The notes under the pieces are model-generated. The model had not been told where the DNA came from, did not search any database, and was given only the letters and a program-made list of their open reading frames with translations. From assembly GCA_951406725.2 (NCBI GenBank), contig OX597832.1, positions 52,514,001-52,578,000 on the forward strand: a stretch of 64,000 nt of DNA, given 5' to 3'. This DNA comes from Octopus vulgaris (taxonomy: Eukaryota). This document shows positions 50,784 through 63,860 of this stretch, piece by piece. The translations under genes were made by a program, and so were the position numbers. Position 1 is the first letter of the stretch. Each line of letters starts with the position of its first letter.

Positions 50784-53700
50784 AGGCAAAGGAGTGGCTG
50801 TGTGGTAAGTAGTTTGCTTACCAACCACATGGTTCTGGGTTCAGTCCCACTGTGTGTCACCTTGGGCAAGTGTCTTCTACTATAGCCTCAGGCCAACCAA
50901 AGCCTTGTGAGTGGATTTGGTTGACGGAAACTGAAAGAAGCCCGTCGTATATATGTATATATATATATATATATATATGATGATGATATATATATATATA
51001 TATATATATATCTGTATGTGTGTGTATTAGTTTGTGTGTCTGTGTTTGTCCCCCCAACATCGATTGACAACCGATGCTGGTGTGTTTATATTTGGTTCAG
51101 CAAAAGACACCGATAGAATAAGTACTAGGCTTACAAAGAATAAATCCTGGGGTCGATTTGCTCGATTAAAGGCAGTGCTCCAGCATGGCCCCAGTCAAAT
51201 GACTGAAACAAGTAAAAGAGTAAAACATTTGATTTCATATTGCTCCAGTTCATTCAGCTAGTAAAAATGAGTAATTCTGAAATGGACTGGTGTCCTATCC
51301 AGTGGGTGAGTATATACTCTAGAGAATGTGGGAAAACCAGCCTTAGGAGTCTAAATGACACGGGAAGGAGCATCTTACCATTCACTATCACAGATATTTT
51401 GCTTGTCTACAGTAAATATTGTCAGGAGCACTCGTATGTACAGTTCAGCAATAGTTTGCTAATGTCTGTGGCATCCACTGAATAAATATTTTCATTGTAG
51501 CTGTGTCTGGGGGGAAAAAAAAAATCTTTCACCTTTACTCATCACCTTACATCCTCACAGCTTTTAAAGAGGAAAGAAAAGAATAAAGAATGTGTATGTT
51601 CAGGAGACATGTTGCACCCTAGTTCTTAATAGTCTTCAAGTAGGTTTTCCACCAAAGTTTCTTAATTTTCTGTTCATTTATTTTCAAAGAGAATTGTCTA
51701 TGAGCATTTTGGAAACTTTCTCTGCTGAATTTTCTCTGCATTCCAAGCTATCAAATGCATCATCTTGAAGAAGAAATCTGTGAATGTCAGGGATGAAAAT
51801 CGCACCATTTTTGTCTTAGGCAGTGAGCTGGTAGAAATGTTAACACAACGAACAAAGTGCTTCACAGCATTTTTTATGGCTTTACATTCTGAGTTCAAAT
51901 CCCACCTGGGTCATCTCTGCCTTTTAACCTTCCGAGGTCAATGAAATTTGTATTGGTTGAGCACTGGGGTTGAAGTAATTGACACAACCATCTTACAAAC
52001 AATAACTCTGAGCACCTTTTCAAACTCCACCCGTCTAACACCCGCGGACATATTTACAAAGTCAGAAAACAGCACAGCTCCCATGACTTTAGGAAACATT
52101 TTTTTCACGCTGAGAGTTGCTGAAGCATGGAACAAACTCCCGGCATCAGTTGTTAGTTGTCGGAGCACTGCATCCTTCAAAACTTCCATGCTTTCTGAGA
52201 TTCGCCAACACTACACCTGATTTCCTCCCCTCCATACACACACAAGCATGTATCTGACTCATACATTGTTCGCTTTCCAGACATTTGTGCATTACTGCAT
52301 ACACTTTATACGCACTTTCTGACAAGTTGTGGTGCACCTGAGCACTGTATACAATAGTTTCATTATTATTATTATAACTCTCGCCCAAAATCTTAGGCCT
52401 TGTACCTATAATAGAATGGACTGTTATTATTACATTCTGAGTTCAAATGCTGTCATGGTTGGCTTGACTTGTCATCCTTTTGAGGGTTGATAAAATAAAT
52501 ACCAGTTGAGTACTGGGGTTGATGTAAATTTCAGTCTTTGCACCTATAGTAGGAAGAATTTTTGTCTCACTAATCACTGGAAATTTGTCTTTCAGATATA
52601 GGAAGGTTGGTCGTTGGTCCTGTTTGGTCCACAGCTTTGCAAAGTTTTTCATTAGTCTAAGTTTATTATGTAAAGGTGGTGAGATTATTATTTTGTTTTT
52701 CAGGTTCAACAAGCAGTGTACTAAAAAGTATTCAAGATATTTTCTTTTAGGCATTCTTTCAAGGTTTAATGTGAAGCCCTAGTGTATCTGTCCTATTCAC
52801 ATGAAAAAGGGACAGCAAACATTTTGTATAACTAGGTTACAGTCCAAACACAAAAAGCCCACAACTTTTAAATCCCTATAAATTTACCATTGGTCATCAA
52901 CATTATTTTAACATTCTCTTTTCTATGCTTGCTTGGATCGGACTGAGTTTATTGAGGCAGATTTTTTACAGCTGGATGCCCATCCTGTTACCAACCCTCA
53001 CCAAGTAATGTAATATTTCTCCATGTTCAGGTGGGATTTTGCAGAATAATAGAAATGAATGACATTGCTTGTATGACTCTTTTAATTGTTTTAGTCATTT
53101 GACTGTGGCCATGCTGGAGCACCGCCTTTAGTCGAGCAAATCGCCCCCAGGACTTATTCTTTGTAAGCCTAGTACTTATTCTATCAGTCTCTTTTGCCGA
53201 ACCACTAAATTACAGGGACATAAACACACCAGCATCAGTTGTCAAGCGATGTTGTGAGGACAAACACAGACACACAAACATATACACACATATATATATA
53301 TGTATATATACATATATATATATATACATATATATATATATGATGGGCTTCTTTCAGTTTCCGCCTACCAAATCCACTCAGAAGGCTTTGGTCAGCCCGA
53401 GGCTATAGTAGAAGACACTTGCCCAAGGTGCTACACAGTGGGACTGAACCCAGAACCATGTGGTTGGTAAGCAAGCTACTTACCACACAGCCACTCCTAC
53501 GCCTATATGACAGTGACAATCATTTTACAACTGTCATGCAATAGCCAAACAAGAAGACACAAACACACACACACATGATGAGCTTCTTTCAGCTTCCATC
53601 TATCAAAATCTACTCACAAGGCTTCGGTCAGCTCAGTGTTATAGCAGAAGGCAAGTGCCCAAGGTGTATCGCAGTGGGACTGAACTCAAATCCATGTGTT

Positions 53701-54938
53701 TAGGAAGCAAATTTATCAGACACCCAGCCACAGCTCTACCAGATCATTTTAATTTATTGATGCCAAAGGTTGCTGAACATCATCATCCATTTCTCTCAAA
53801 TAGGTTGAATATCTTACAGGAATCCATGGTAACAAATTACCAATGTGTTCTAAAACTGCTTTCAAGTTAAGTTTTGAAGAGTCTTTGAGTAGCCTCGATT
53901 TTGGTGGATTAGGGTTAGGTTTAGGGGTTTCCATGAGACCATTGATATCATTGCATGAAAGTCTTTTATAGGCGCAGGAATGGTTGTGTGGTAAGTAGTT
54001 TGCTTACCAACCACATGGTTCCAGGTTCAGACCGTCGTATATGTGCGTGTGTGTGTGTGTTTGTTTTTTACCCCAACATCGCTTGACAACCGATGCTGTG
54101 TGTTTACGTCCCCGTAACTTAACGGTTCGGGAAAAGACCCAATAGAAGTCCTAGGGTTCATTCGTTTGACTAAAGGTGGTGCTCCAGCATGGCCACAGTC
54201 AAATGACTGAAACAAATAAATGAATATGAGAATAAAGAAAAGTGATAAGACCTTGTAGGTACAAATGCAGCTGTGTGGTTAAGAAACTCATTTCCTAACA
54301 CTGCAATTTCAAGTTCAGTCCCATTGTATGGCACCTTGGGTTAGTGTCGTCTACTATAGCCTCTAGCCAACCAAAGCTTTGTGAGTGAATTTGGTAGATG
54401 GAAATTAAAAGAAGCCTGTTGTGTGTGTTTCTGCTTCCTTTTCTTGAAATTCTGCAACGTTTGTAAACAAGCAGTGTTTGTTTTCAACATTTCACGAAAG
54501 CATGTCCAGCCACGGGGAAATATTACTTGGAAACAGGCAGGAGTGGCTGTGTGGTAAGTAGCTTGCTAACCAACCACATGGTTCCGGGTTCAGTCCCACT
54601 GCGAGCATCTTGGGCAAGTGTCTTCTGCTATAGCCCCAGGCCGACCAATGCCTTGTGAGTGGATTTGGTAGACAGAAACTGAAAGAAGCCTGTTGTATAT
54701 ATGTATATATATATGTATGTGTGTGTTTGTGTGTCTGTGTTTGTTCCCCTAGCATTGCTTGACAACCGATGCTGGTGTGTTTACGTCCCCGTCACTTAGC
54801 GGTTCGGCAAAAGAGACCGATAGAATAAGTACTGGGCTTACCAAGAATAAGTCCCGGGGTCGATTTGCTCGACTAAAGGTGGTGCTCCAGCATGGCCGCA
54901 GTCAAATGACTGAAACAAGTAAAAGAGTAAAGAGAGAG
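50784..54938. mobile_element. family A SINE cluster (50784-51225 +, 53080-53506 -, 53560-53735 -, 53968-54225 +, 54256-54430 +, 54536-54938 +)
   Basis: Same motifs; the 50784 copy splits a family D SINE and the 54536 copy splits a (GAT)n-tailed element. Confidence 0.85.
51985..52376 (+). mobile_element. CR1-type LINE 3' end with (ATT)n tail, inserted in a SINE; a related minus-strand fragment lies at about 46310-46472
   Basis: FFTLRVAEAWNKLPASVV C-terminal CR1 motif, then 3' UTR and attattatt tail. Confidence 0.8.
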
Positions 54939-55150
54939 TAAGGGTGGGTAACAGGGCAGGCGTCTGGCTACAGAAAATCTACCCCCAATTAATTCCATCT
55001 AACCCATGCAAGCATGGAAAACTGGATGTTAAAATGATGATGATGATGACGATGTTGTTGTTACAAATCTGTATTTCTGAGATGAGGAACTTATGTTATG
55101 TATACTGTTTATATTAGTCAGACTGATGTTCTCATCTTGATTGTTACTTT

Positions 55151-55192
55151 CACGACATTTTAGCTGTTGTATGCTCCTGCCATCTTCAGGTG
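55151..55192 (-). ncRNA. decayed hammerhead motif, left arm of an inverted pair
   Basis: CAC-CUGAAGA-U-GGCAG(GAGCAUACAA)CAGCU-AAAAU-GUC|GUG. Confidence 0.55.
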
Positions 55193-55350
55193 TCTTGCAT
55201 TGAACTTGGTTGTTGTATTGGAATTTTGATACAACAAAAACGTCTTGAAACTCAGACAGTGGAATGGGAATAGCGTACTGGTGTATGCCTGTGGATCATA
55301 TAAAGGGATAGGGTTGAAATTCTGATACTGTGACAGAGTTCAACACAAGA

Positions 55351-55392
55351 CACCTGAAGATGGCTGGAGTGTATAACAGCTGAAATGTAGTG
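55351..55392 (+). ncRNA. hammerhead motif downstream of a tRNA-like A/B box head, right arm of the inverted pair
   Basis: CAC-CUGAAGA-U-GGCUG(GAGUGUAUAA)CAGCU-GAAAU-GUA|GUG; A-box-like TAGCGTACTGG at 55271-55281 and B-box-like GGTTGAAATTC at 55312-55322. Confidence 0.65.
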
Positions 55393-56659
55393 AAAGCAAC
55401 AATCAAGATGAGGCCACCAGTTCAACTATATTGTTGTTGATGATGATGAGGATGATGAAAACAAAGTACTGTCACTGTTAGTGAGTTACATTGTTTCGTC
55501 CTTGAACCAAGAAACTGTGCCTTCATGTTTGACAGATCCAGATCCCCTACAAGGGTATTTAATTCATCCTTAGCAAATTAGGGGTTGTATAGATTCATTT
55601 AAAAATTTTGCATCACAAGTCTTAGAATCTTCATGTTTTTCTCTTTGTGAATCTGAAAACACAGCAATATGTAGGAGGAAAGTGTGTGTAGGTGGGTCTC
55701 TGGAATGGGAAGTCCATCATCTTGTCGGGTTAGCCCTAGGGATGAGGGTAAGTTAGGATATTGCAGTGTTCTTTATTTGGTTTCCACTCAAGTCTGTTAG
55801 AGTTGTACTGGTGTAGCAGTCATTGCTATGATCTGTAGGTTCTCTCTTTTCCGTAGGCATTGTGAAGGGTATGTATTTCATCATCATCATCATTTAACGT
55901 CCACTTTCCATGCTAGCATGGGTTGGACGGTTCGACTGGGGTCTGGGGAGCCAGGAGGCTGCACCAGGCCCAGTCTGATCTGGCAGTGTTTCCTAACGCC
56001 AACCACTCCATGAGTATAGTGGGTGCTTTTTAAGTACCACTGGCACAGGTGCCAGGGGAGGCTGGCAACGGCCATGATCGGTTGGTGCTTTTTACGTGCC
56101 ACCGGCATGGGGGCCAGTCAGGGCGGTGCTGGCAACAGCCACGTTTGGATGGTTCTTTTACGTGCCACCGGCACTGGTATCACAACTACAATTTCCATTG
56201 ATTTTTGAGCGATTTCGATTTCGATGATATTTTCAAATACCCTGCACAGGATTTACAACAAATATTAGATGGAGTAGGGCATCTAATGATTGTCTGTTTT
56301 GCGAACAAAATATAGATAAGCTTTTGTTACTGTCAAAGTAATTTTTTGTTTTTTTGTAATTTAGAGGTAAATTGCCCATAGATGTAATAAAAAATCATCA
56401 GGATTATTTAAGCAATTGGAAGTTATTTTCAATGTATAAATGTAGTTATACAACGATATTTGACAAGAGAGATACCAAAAAACAATAAAATGGTAAACTA
56501 ATAACTCCTTGATTCAAATGAAGAATGATGCCATAACTGTCAAGTTGGTGTATATCGTAATTATCAATATATCATAATTATATAGAAGCTGCAATGATTA
56601 TCATGGGTTGTGTTGTATTCTTTTGGGGTGGGGGTGGATGATGCAGTATTTGTAATAAA

Positions 56660-56975
56660 TCAAAATCAAAATCGAAATCGATCAACATCAATGGAAATTG
56701 CAGCTGTGATACCAGTGCCAGTGGTATGTAAGAAAACCATCCGAACGTGGCCGTAGCCAGCGCCGCCCCGACTGGCCTCGTGCCAGTGACACGTAAAAAG
56801 CACCCACTACACCCACGGAGTGGTTGGCGTTAGGAAGGGTATCCAGCTGTAGAAACACTGCCAGATCAGCTGGAGCCTGGTGCAGCCTTCTGGCTTCCCA
56901 GACCCCGGTTGAACCGTCCAACCCATGCTAGCATGGAAAGCGGACGCTAAACGATGATGATGATGATGACGATGT
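56660..56975 (+). mobile_element. (GAT)n-tailed short element matching the RTE 3' UTR; other copies at about 30-200, 6270-6420, 29115-29400, 42555-42795, 47010-47130, 50600-50725, 52900-53050, 54490-55050 and 55878-56225
   Basis: ggttggcgttaggaagggcatccagctgtagaaac..cccatgctagcatggaaagcggacgttaaacgatgatg; the same motif follows the RTE ORF end near 31000. Confidence 0.8.
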
Positions 56976-57030
56976 TGTTGTTACAATTCTGAGTTCAGTT
57001 TCTGCCAAGGTCGACTTTGCTTATCATCCT

Positions 57031-57439
57031 GGATCTTTTCGGTTTGAACGGCAGTTTTTTTTCTAGCGGTGTCATTTGAAATTGTCACCCATAATTATGA
57101 CCCTAGTATCGATCTATTGCATTTCAATCTGTTTTAGGGTTGGGGGGAAGGGTATCTTTTTTTCTTCACAAATGTAAATAAACCCAACCTGTTTCTTAAA
57201 CGAGGGACATATTCATACGGCACAGAATGTTTTCACCTCAGTAGACGTCATTGATTGGTTGAAATAGCAGAAATTGAAGGAAAAAAAACAACAAATATCT
57301 TACTAAATATAGAATTTTCTCAATAAAGCCAAGAGAAAAATATGTTTTATAAACACATTCTATCAGTATACGAAGTTTAAAAGTGTTTAGTTACGTGGAA
57401 ATTATTTTAAAAAAACTGCCGTTCAAACCGAAAAGATCC
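57031..57439. mobile_element. second copy of the Merlin-like MITE, opposite orientation, inserted in a SINE
   Basis: Same TIRs; perfect 8-bp TSD atcatcct at 57023-57030 and 57440-57447. Confidence 0.9.
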
Positions 57440-58164
57440 ATCATCCTTTCTGGGTCAGTGAAATAAGTACCAGTTGAACACTGGGGTTGATACAATCAGC
57501 TAGCCCACCCCACTCCCCAAGAAATTCATGTCTGTAGTAGAAAGTAAAAAAAAAAAATATGATAGCATTAATATTCTCTATTGTCACTTGAGGATTGAAA
57601 AATTGGGAAGGGGCATAACTCTGTAATTCCAAAACTTTACCTTATTTTCAAAAACGTATGATTTTTGTAATCAGTGACCCCCAAATTAAGGAAGGTTAAT
57701 TTCATCACGGATACAAGATGAATATTGTTGACTGGCTGAATCGACCTTTTTTTTTTCTTTATGTGGAAAGAGAAACTGTCTTTGCAAATAAAGGCAACAG
57801 TTAACTGAGCTCCCCACCCACCTCACCCCACCTTTTTGTTTAGCTTTAAGTTAGCCTTATCAAGCAGACCCATGATTGAAGGTATTCCAACCATGACCAT
57901 CCTGTCTTTCCAACATAGTGTATTCTGACATTGTGGTTTGAAGGAGATTAAGCTGTTATCTCTAGTAAGGTGATCAACTATACAGATATCTCTTTCATTG
58001 ATCCATCTTTCACTTTTGATCACTTCAGTTCATGGCTGTCTTTACAGTTAATTATTCCAGCTAATTATTAAATTTAGCATGTTTAAGTTCTTCAATCTGT
58101 CTAAAATTATACAGTGTCTTTTGGGCATCTTTTGTTTGCTCTGAGTATCCAGAATCAAGTTTCT

Positions 58165-58765
58165 TATTTCTTTATTGCCTACAAGGGGCTAAGCACAGAG
58201 GGGACAAACAAGGACAGACAAAGGGATTAAGTCAATTACAACGACCCCAGTGCGTAACTGGTACGTAATTTATCGACCCCGAAAGGATGAAAGGCAAAGT
58301 CGACTTTGGCGGAATTTGAACTCAGAACGTAACGGCAGACGAAATACTTATTTCTTTACTACCCACAAGGGGCTAAAAACAGAGGGGACAAACAAGGACA
58401 GACATAGGTATTAAGTCGATTACATCGACCCCAGTGCATAACTGGTACTTAATTTATCGACCCCGAAAGGATGAAAGGCAAAGTCGACTTCAGCGGGATT
58501 TGAACTCAGAACATAACGACAGACGAAATACCTATTTCTTTATTACCCACAAGGGGCTAAACATAGAGGGGACAAACAAGGACAGACAAACGGATTAAAT
58601 CTATAACATCGACCCCAGTGCATAACTGGTACTTAATTTATCGATCCCGAAATGATGAAAGGCAAAGTCGACCTCGGCGGAATTTGAACTCAGAACGTAA
58701 CGACAGACGAAATACCACTAAGCATTTCGTCCGGCGTGCTAACGTTTCTGCCAGCTCGCCACCTT
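58165..58765 (-). mobile_element. family B SINE trimer
   Basis: Three units of about 183 bp enclosed by one 12-bp TSD aatcaagtttct. Confidence 0.9.
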
Positions 58766-59364
58766 AATCAAGTTTCTAACTATTCTCTTCCTCCATGTCA
58801 AACAAGACCACTTCTGAGATGGCACTGGGATTTTATGCTCTACCTTGTACTAATTCTAGTATTTTAGTCTTTGTTTTGTTGATCCATAAGATCTTTGAAA
58901 ACTCTAAACTATTATTTCCTGACGTAGAATACTTTACGAAGCTTTTTAACATATTCTGTATTGGTAACTATACCTTTAACATGTAGGAGTTCCCAGCATT
59001 ATCGTCCTGAGCAGTTGATATGTGTGTGTTTGCATGCATGTTACATGTGCATGCACATATGTGGCTTCATATAATAACAACCATCCACATTGAAAGAACA
59101 ATTTTTATTTTCACACTTGAAACCAACAAGGCCATCCTCCACCCCTGACATTGTCCCTTCCATTCCCCTCAAACACTATCCTCCACTGTCAGCTCCTATA
59201 ACTCACCAAACTCTTCAATTTCTACCCTGATTATTAGAAACACACTACAGTGTGTACAATTCCCAAGTAAAACAAACCTTTTGAACTCTGCTGGCTATTG
59301 TCCTATCACATTCACTTTTAATATCTCCATGGTAAGGGAGATAACCATTCAATGTTTTCCAACA

Positions 59365-59408
<44 letters not shown>

Positions 59409-59454
59409 CCCTTAATGACCACCTTGTGTACAATTTCCATAAAACGACATCCAT

Positions 59455-59790
59455 TGGTGAAGGCGCATGGCTCAGTGGTTAGAGCGTCACGCTTACAATC
59501 GTGAGGTTGTGAGTTCGATTCCCGGACCGGGCTGCGTGTTGTGTTCTTGAGCAAGACACTTTATTTCACGTCTCTCCAGTTCACTCAGCTGTAGAAATGA
59601 GTTGCGACATCACTGGTGCCAAGCTGTATCAGCCTTTGCCTTTCTCCTGGATAACATCAGTGGTGTGGAGAGAGGAGGCTGGTATGCATGGGCGACTGCT
59701 AGCCTTCCATAAACAACCTTGCCTGGACTTGTGCCTGGGAGGGTAACTTTCCAGGTGTAATCCCACGGTCAGTGTCAAGACTGAAGGGGA
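59455..59790 (+). mobile_element. tRNA-derived SINE family D; relatives at about 43830-44140 (-), 61188-61430 (+) and 50720-51350 (+, split)
   Basis: A box tggctcagtgg, B box gagttcgattcc, then gtgttcttgagcaagacactttatttcac..ctccagttcactcagctg. Confidence 0.85.
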
Positions 59791-59799
59791 TCTCAACAT

Positions 59800-60990
59800 C
59801 CATTGGCTACTTTTCTTAATCACCTCCATTGAAATATCATTTTAGAGAAATTTGATGAAAGCAATGTTATCAGTTTTGACACCAGCAAAGCTCTTGACCA
59901 TGTCTGGCATGTGAACTGCCCGTCAAAACTGCCTGCCTATGGACACCACCCATTTCTCATCTGGTAGCTTCCTATCAGATCACACTATTCTAGCCTGTCA
60001 AAGTATATGTTGACAGAGCTATCTGTTCATCATTCTATTAATTTTACCATGCCTCAAGATTTTTTTTTTGTTTTGTTTTTTTCCATTTTCTTCCTTGAGG
60101 GGAATGGAAGAGATAATGTCAGGGGTGGAGTGTGGCCTTGTTGGTTTCAATGACATCCTTGCAATTACACTATACGGAGCCCTCTCCCTATGCAGATGAT
60201 GCTAGTCTTCTTTAACCTCCCTAACTATGCATCATCAACACACAACAGGGACGCCACATGCTAAACTGACACTGGTTCTATAAGCAGAACCCTCAAAAAC
60301 ATCTTCCAATCCGGATGTGCCAATCTTGTCTCTTTAAACCTCAAAAATCACAAATGCTACTCATATCAAGAAAACCTCATCTTACTGCCACCTCTAAACA
60401 TGAGCAGCATGTAACTAGAGACTCTCACAATCACCCCAAATTTTGAGCCCCACTATCATAAAGGACCTCAAGTACAGGTCCTCAACATAGCTAAGATTGT
60501 ATCCCAATGACTGTCCCTTCTCTTCATGACCAGAAGATACACAGCCCCCAACTTGTTTGATTCTACAAAGCTCAAGTGAGGCCCATAACAGAAAATTGCT
60601 CTCAATCTGAGATGATGCTTCTGCTGCACACAAAGATATCCTTGTCTGGATCTTGAAAAGGGTCACCCAACTGACTACCATAAAGTCCTTCACAAACATA
60701 CTCCACTTGCTGTCTAGCAGGTGCTCCATTTCCTCATTACCTTTTCTACTACTACTCTGATGGTCCCTACTTCTTAGAGCTGGTGGGTTCATGCAACCCC
60801 TAGTCAAGCATTCTGACCCACTTATCTCTGCTCCTCTTATCTCCTTTATTGCATTGAACCTCTCAACCTGCACTGATCACTGTATTAAGTCCTTCCTTCC
60901 AAGAACATCAGCTCTCTGGCACTTCCTCCCTGCTCATCTACATCCTGCAGGTGTTGATATTTGCAATAGTTCATGAATAGTATTAGTGGA
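59800..60990 (+). mobile_element. old L2/Jockey-group LINE RT remnant
   Basis: FDTSKALDHVWH..SKLPAYG, YADD and SFLPRTSALWHFLP motifs with many disruptions. Confidence 0.7.
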
Positions 60991-61888
60991 ATCAACCTCA
61001 TTGGTCTCAGAGCCTGTGAAGACAATGGGTACTGCTCCTTCTTCAAGACTCAGCAAAAAGAAAACAAAACATTTCTTTAAAGTACTAGGTAATGTCTCAT
61101 CAAAATGTTTTCTCTGGCATTTTCTATTCCTGTTACAATTTTAGGAAGGGGTTACTGAAAATTATTTGATGCACTTATCCCATCTGTGTGGAGGTGTGTG
61201 GCTTAGTGGTTAGGGTGTCAGGATCATGATTGTAAGATGGTGGTTTCCATTCATGGACCGGGCGACACGTTGCATTCTTGAGCAAAACACTTCATTTCAC
61301 GTTGCTCCAGTCCACTCAGCTGGCAAAAATGAGTAATGCTGCAATGGACTGGCATCCCGTCCAGCTGGGGAACGCATATGCCATAGAAACCGGGAAACCA
61401 GGCCCAGGAGTCTGGCTAGGCTTTAAAAGGGTGCATTTATTTGATGCACTTATTCCATCTGTCCTTATTACTTGTGTTTGTCTCCCGCCTAAAGACCCAA
61501 TACTTTTGTTTAATACTTTCTGATTATAACAGAATACTTTGGCAACTCCTTTACTCATATGTTCTGCCTAACTATTGTTAAGAAATTTAAGTGACACCCC
61601 TAATCTCAAACACTTTGTGTCATTCTGAAGCTCCAGTATAAGAGATGGTAGGTAGGTGATGAAAACTGTTTGTTTTCTAAAGACTAGCAATTAAAAACGG
61701 GTGTCTATTTGTAAATGTGTGTGTGTGTGTGTTCACTTGCAAATAGGTAGATGTTGTTGTCATGTGACAGTATTTTGGTCGACAAGCTGCAATACGTTTT
61801 CAATTTGGTTTGCATTCTATTTTTGTTCTGCAAGCAGCTGTGCTTCAAACATTTCTATAATTCCAGTTTGCTGAATATAGTTTGTTAG

Positions 61889-61927
61889 ATGCACAGCATT
61901 GGTTTCTTCAAGAAAACACGATAACAA
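61889..61927 (+). other. possible small exon (39 nt, phase 1 to phase 1, DAQHWFLQENTIT) or 3' end of a non-coding first exon
   Basis: ttgttag acceptor-like site and CAA|GTGAGT donor; frame is open if joined to either upstream phase-1 exon; repeat-free surroundings. Polypyrimidine tract is weak. Confidence 0.25.
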
Positions 61928-62829
61928 GTGAGTTTTGAAAGTATCTAGGTGCCAAACTCATTAAGGATGCTGTACAGATGAGATGATCTTACTAGATTGT
62001 ACAAATAATGTAAAAACAATTATTTATATACTACATGAAAAAGTACCTTAGGTTGGTTGTAAAAATCTGTGTTGTAAAATTAGGTGAAGGAAAATGAGAT
62101 CTGATAAAATGATATTGGATATGAATGCAGAGAAAAATGTTGGGCTGTAAACTAATTTCATCCATCCCAGAATAAGAAACAGATGTTTGTAGGGGTGGCA
62201 ACAGCAAAGCAAAAATACAATTTGCAAACTTTATCCTACAATATATTTGAAAGAACTTTTATAATTGTAACCATTCCTTGGATTTGTATAGTTATAGCTT
62301 GACTCCATTTCTGCTTTGGTAACTCAGAATAGAACTTTGTTAATTCCTGTATAACAGTATTTTTGGTATTAGATCCAAAAATTGAACAATGCTCCTTATT
62401 TATAGATTAAAATTTTTGCAGAAGAAACCAAATTAATCTTACTTTAAGTTTCTTCAAGTTTTCTGTTTATAAAAATGTGGAACTCAAAATGGTAATTCCA
62501 ATTATTCTTTCTATATTCTCTAGAGACAGCAGATTTACCAAACATAATTGAATACAGGTGCATAGTAAGGTTTAAGACCACTTATCCAACTAGCATAAAG
62601 TCTTTTTCAAGAACAATGTTGTATTTGGAGTAAAAAAAGGGGACTAAATGAATTTATAAAATTTGGATAAAAAAACAAAACAACCTAAAATGATTTTTAA
62701 TGAAGGTTATATAACATTTATGAAATATCAATAAAAGATGAAATCAAATATAAAAAAAAAATCATGGGGTTTTTCACTGTAGATCTGTTAAAGGAGTATT
62801 ATTGTGGATTGAGGTGTGAACTGATTATA

Positions 62830-63124
62830 TCTTTATATATAATATTGAAGTTGTGTGTGTGAGACTCTGTCTCCTCTGATTTAGATTCCTAACTACTCCC
62901 ACAGTTTAACCAAAAGCGGGTATCTTATAGTCGTCATTCATATCGAGCCCTTCTGGGTACTAGCACGCATCTACGATGAGTCTACGATTTAAAAATAAAT
63001 TTACCATCATTTTTCCGCATTTTTAATGATTTTTGCTCGGGTTATATAAGGGAAGTAACTCTCTAAAAATGCTTATATAGTTATTTCCCTTACAAACCCG
63101 AGCAACGCCAGGCGATACTGCTAG
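62830..63124 (+). mobile_element. non-autonomous Helitron, shorter relative of the 19247 copy
   Basis: A|TC...CTAG|T termini; homologous to 19247-19759 but lacks about 200 bp internally. Confidence 0.85.
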
Positions 63125-63765
63125 TTTTGTCCTAAAAAGAAAACGATAACATTATTAGACATACAAACTTTGGTGGACTTACTCAATGAAAAAGGTGACA
63201 ACTTCTACAATAAGGCCTCCTTGTTTTATATCTTAGTTTATTTACCAAGGAAGAACCATTTAATATCTGCAAATGCACGTCATTCCTTTCCCATCTAATA
63301 AATCATAGGTATTCATATATAATCCGTGGCAATTTTCTTTTTGAACTAAATATGTATTGTTGTTGTATTTTTAAGTTCTATATTTATTAACAATTTCTGC
63401 ATCCGTCATCTTTGTAAATGATCAATTTAAAGATTCTATAACCAGACATTTCATTATAGATTCTCAGAGAATAACAGCTTATCTTTTCCAGAATTTCCAC
63501 GTGGAACCTGTTGTTGAATTCTGATATCAGTGGCCCATGTACCAGTAGAAAATATTGGCTTCAGATCTTAACTTTGGTAAACATCTTCCTGGATGATCTT
63601 CAATTCTTAACAAACTGGGTTATTTCCCTAACCAGAATTTTTGCATTTTCTTACATGAAAGTAGCTGGCCATAAGACTTCATTAATTTGTGTATGACCTT
63701 CATATTGCTTGTGTTAATACTGCATGAGGAATTACATCTGAAAAATCAAAACCTCATTTGTTTTG

Positions 63766-63860
63766 TACTAAAATGGTGCATAATTTATTTACATAATATA
63801 CTAAAATGGTGCATAAGTTATTATGTACTAAAATGGTGCATAAGTTATTTACATAATATA
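63766..63860. repeat. short tandem triplication
   Basis: tactaaaatggtgcataa occurs three times. Confidence 0.8.

Noticed and set aside
59459-59535. tRNA-like sequences here and at 13630-13700, 44065-44140 and 61190-61265
   Set aside because: They continue into SINE bodies and lack a proper acceptor stem, so they are SINE heads rather than tRNA genes.
62524-63740. Acceptor-like sites at 62523 (+), 63491 (+) and 63738 (-)
   Set aside because: Frames are short or closed and no recognisable peptide results.
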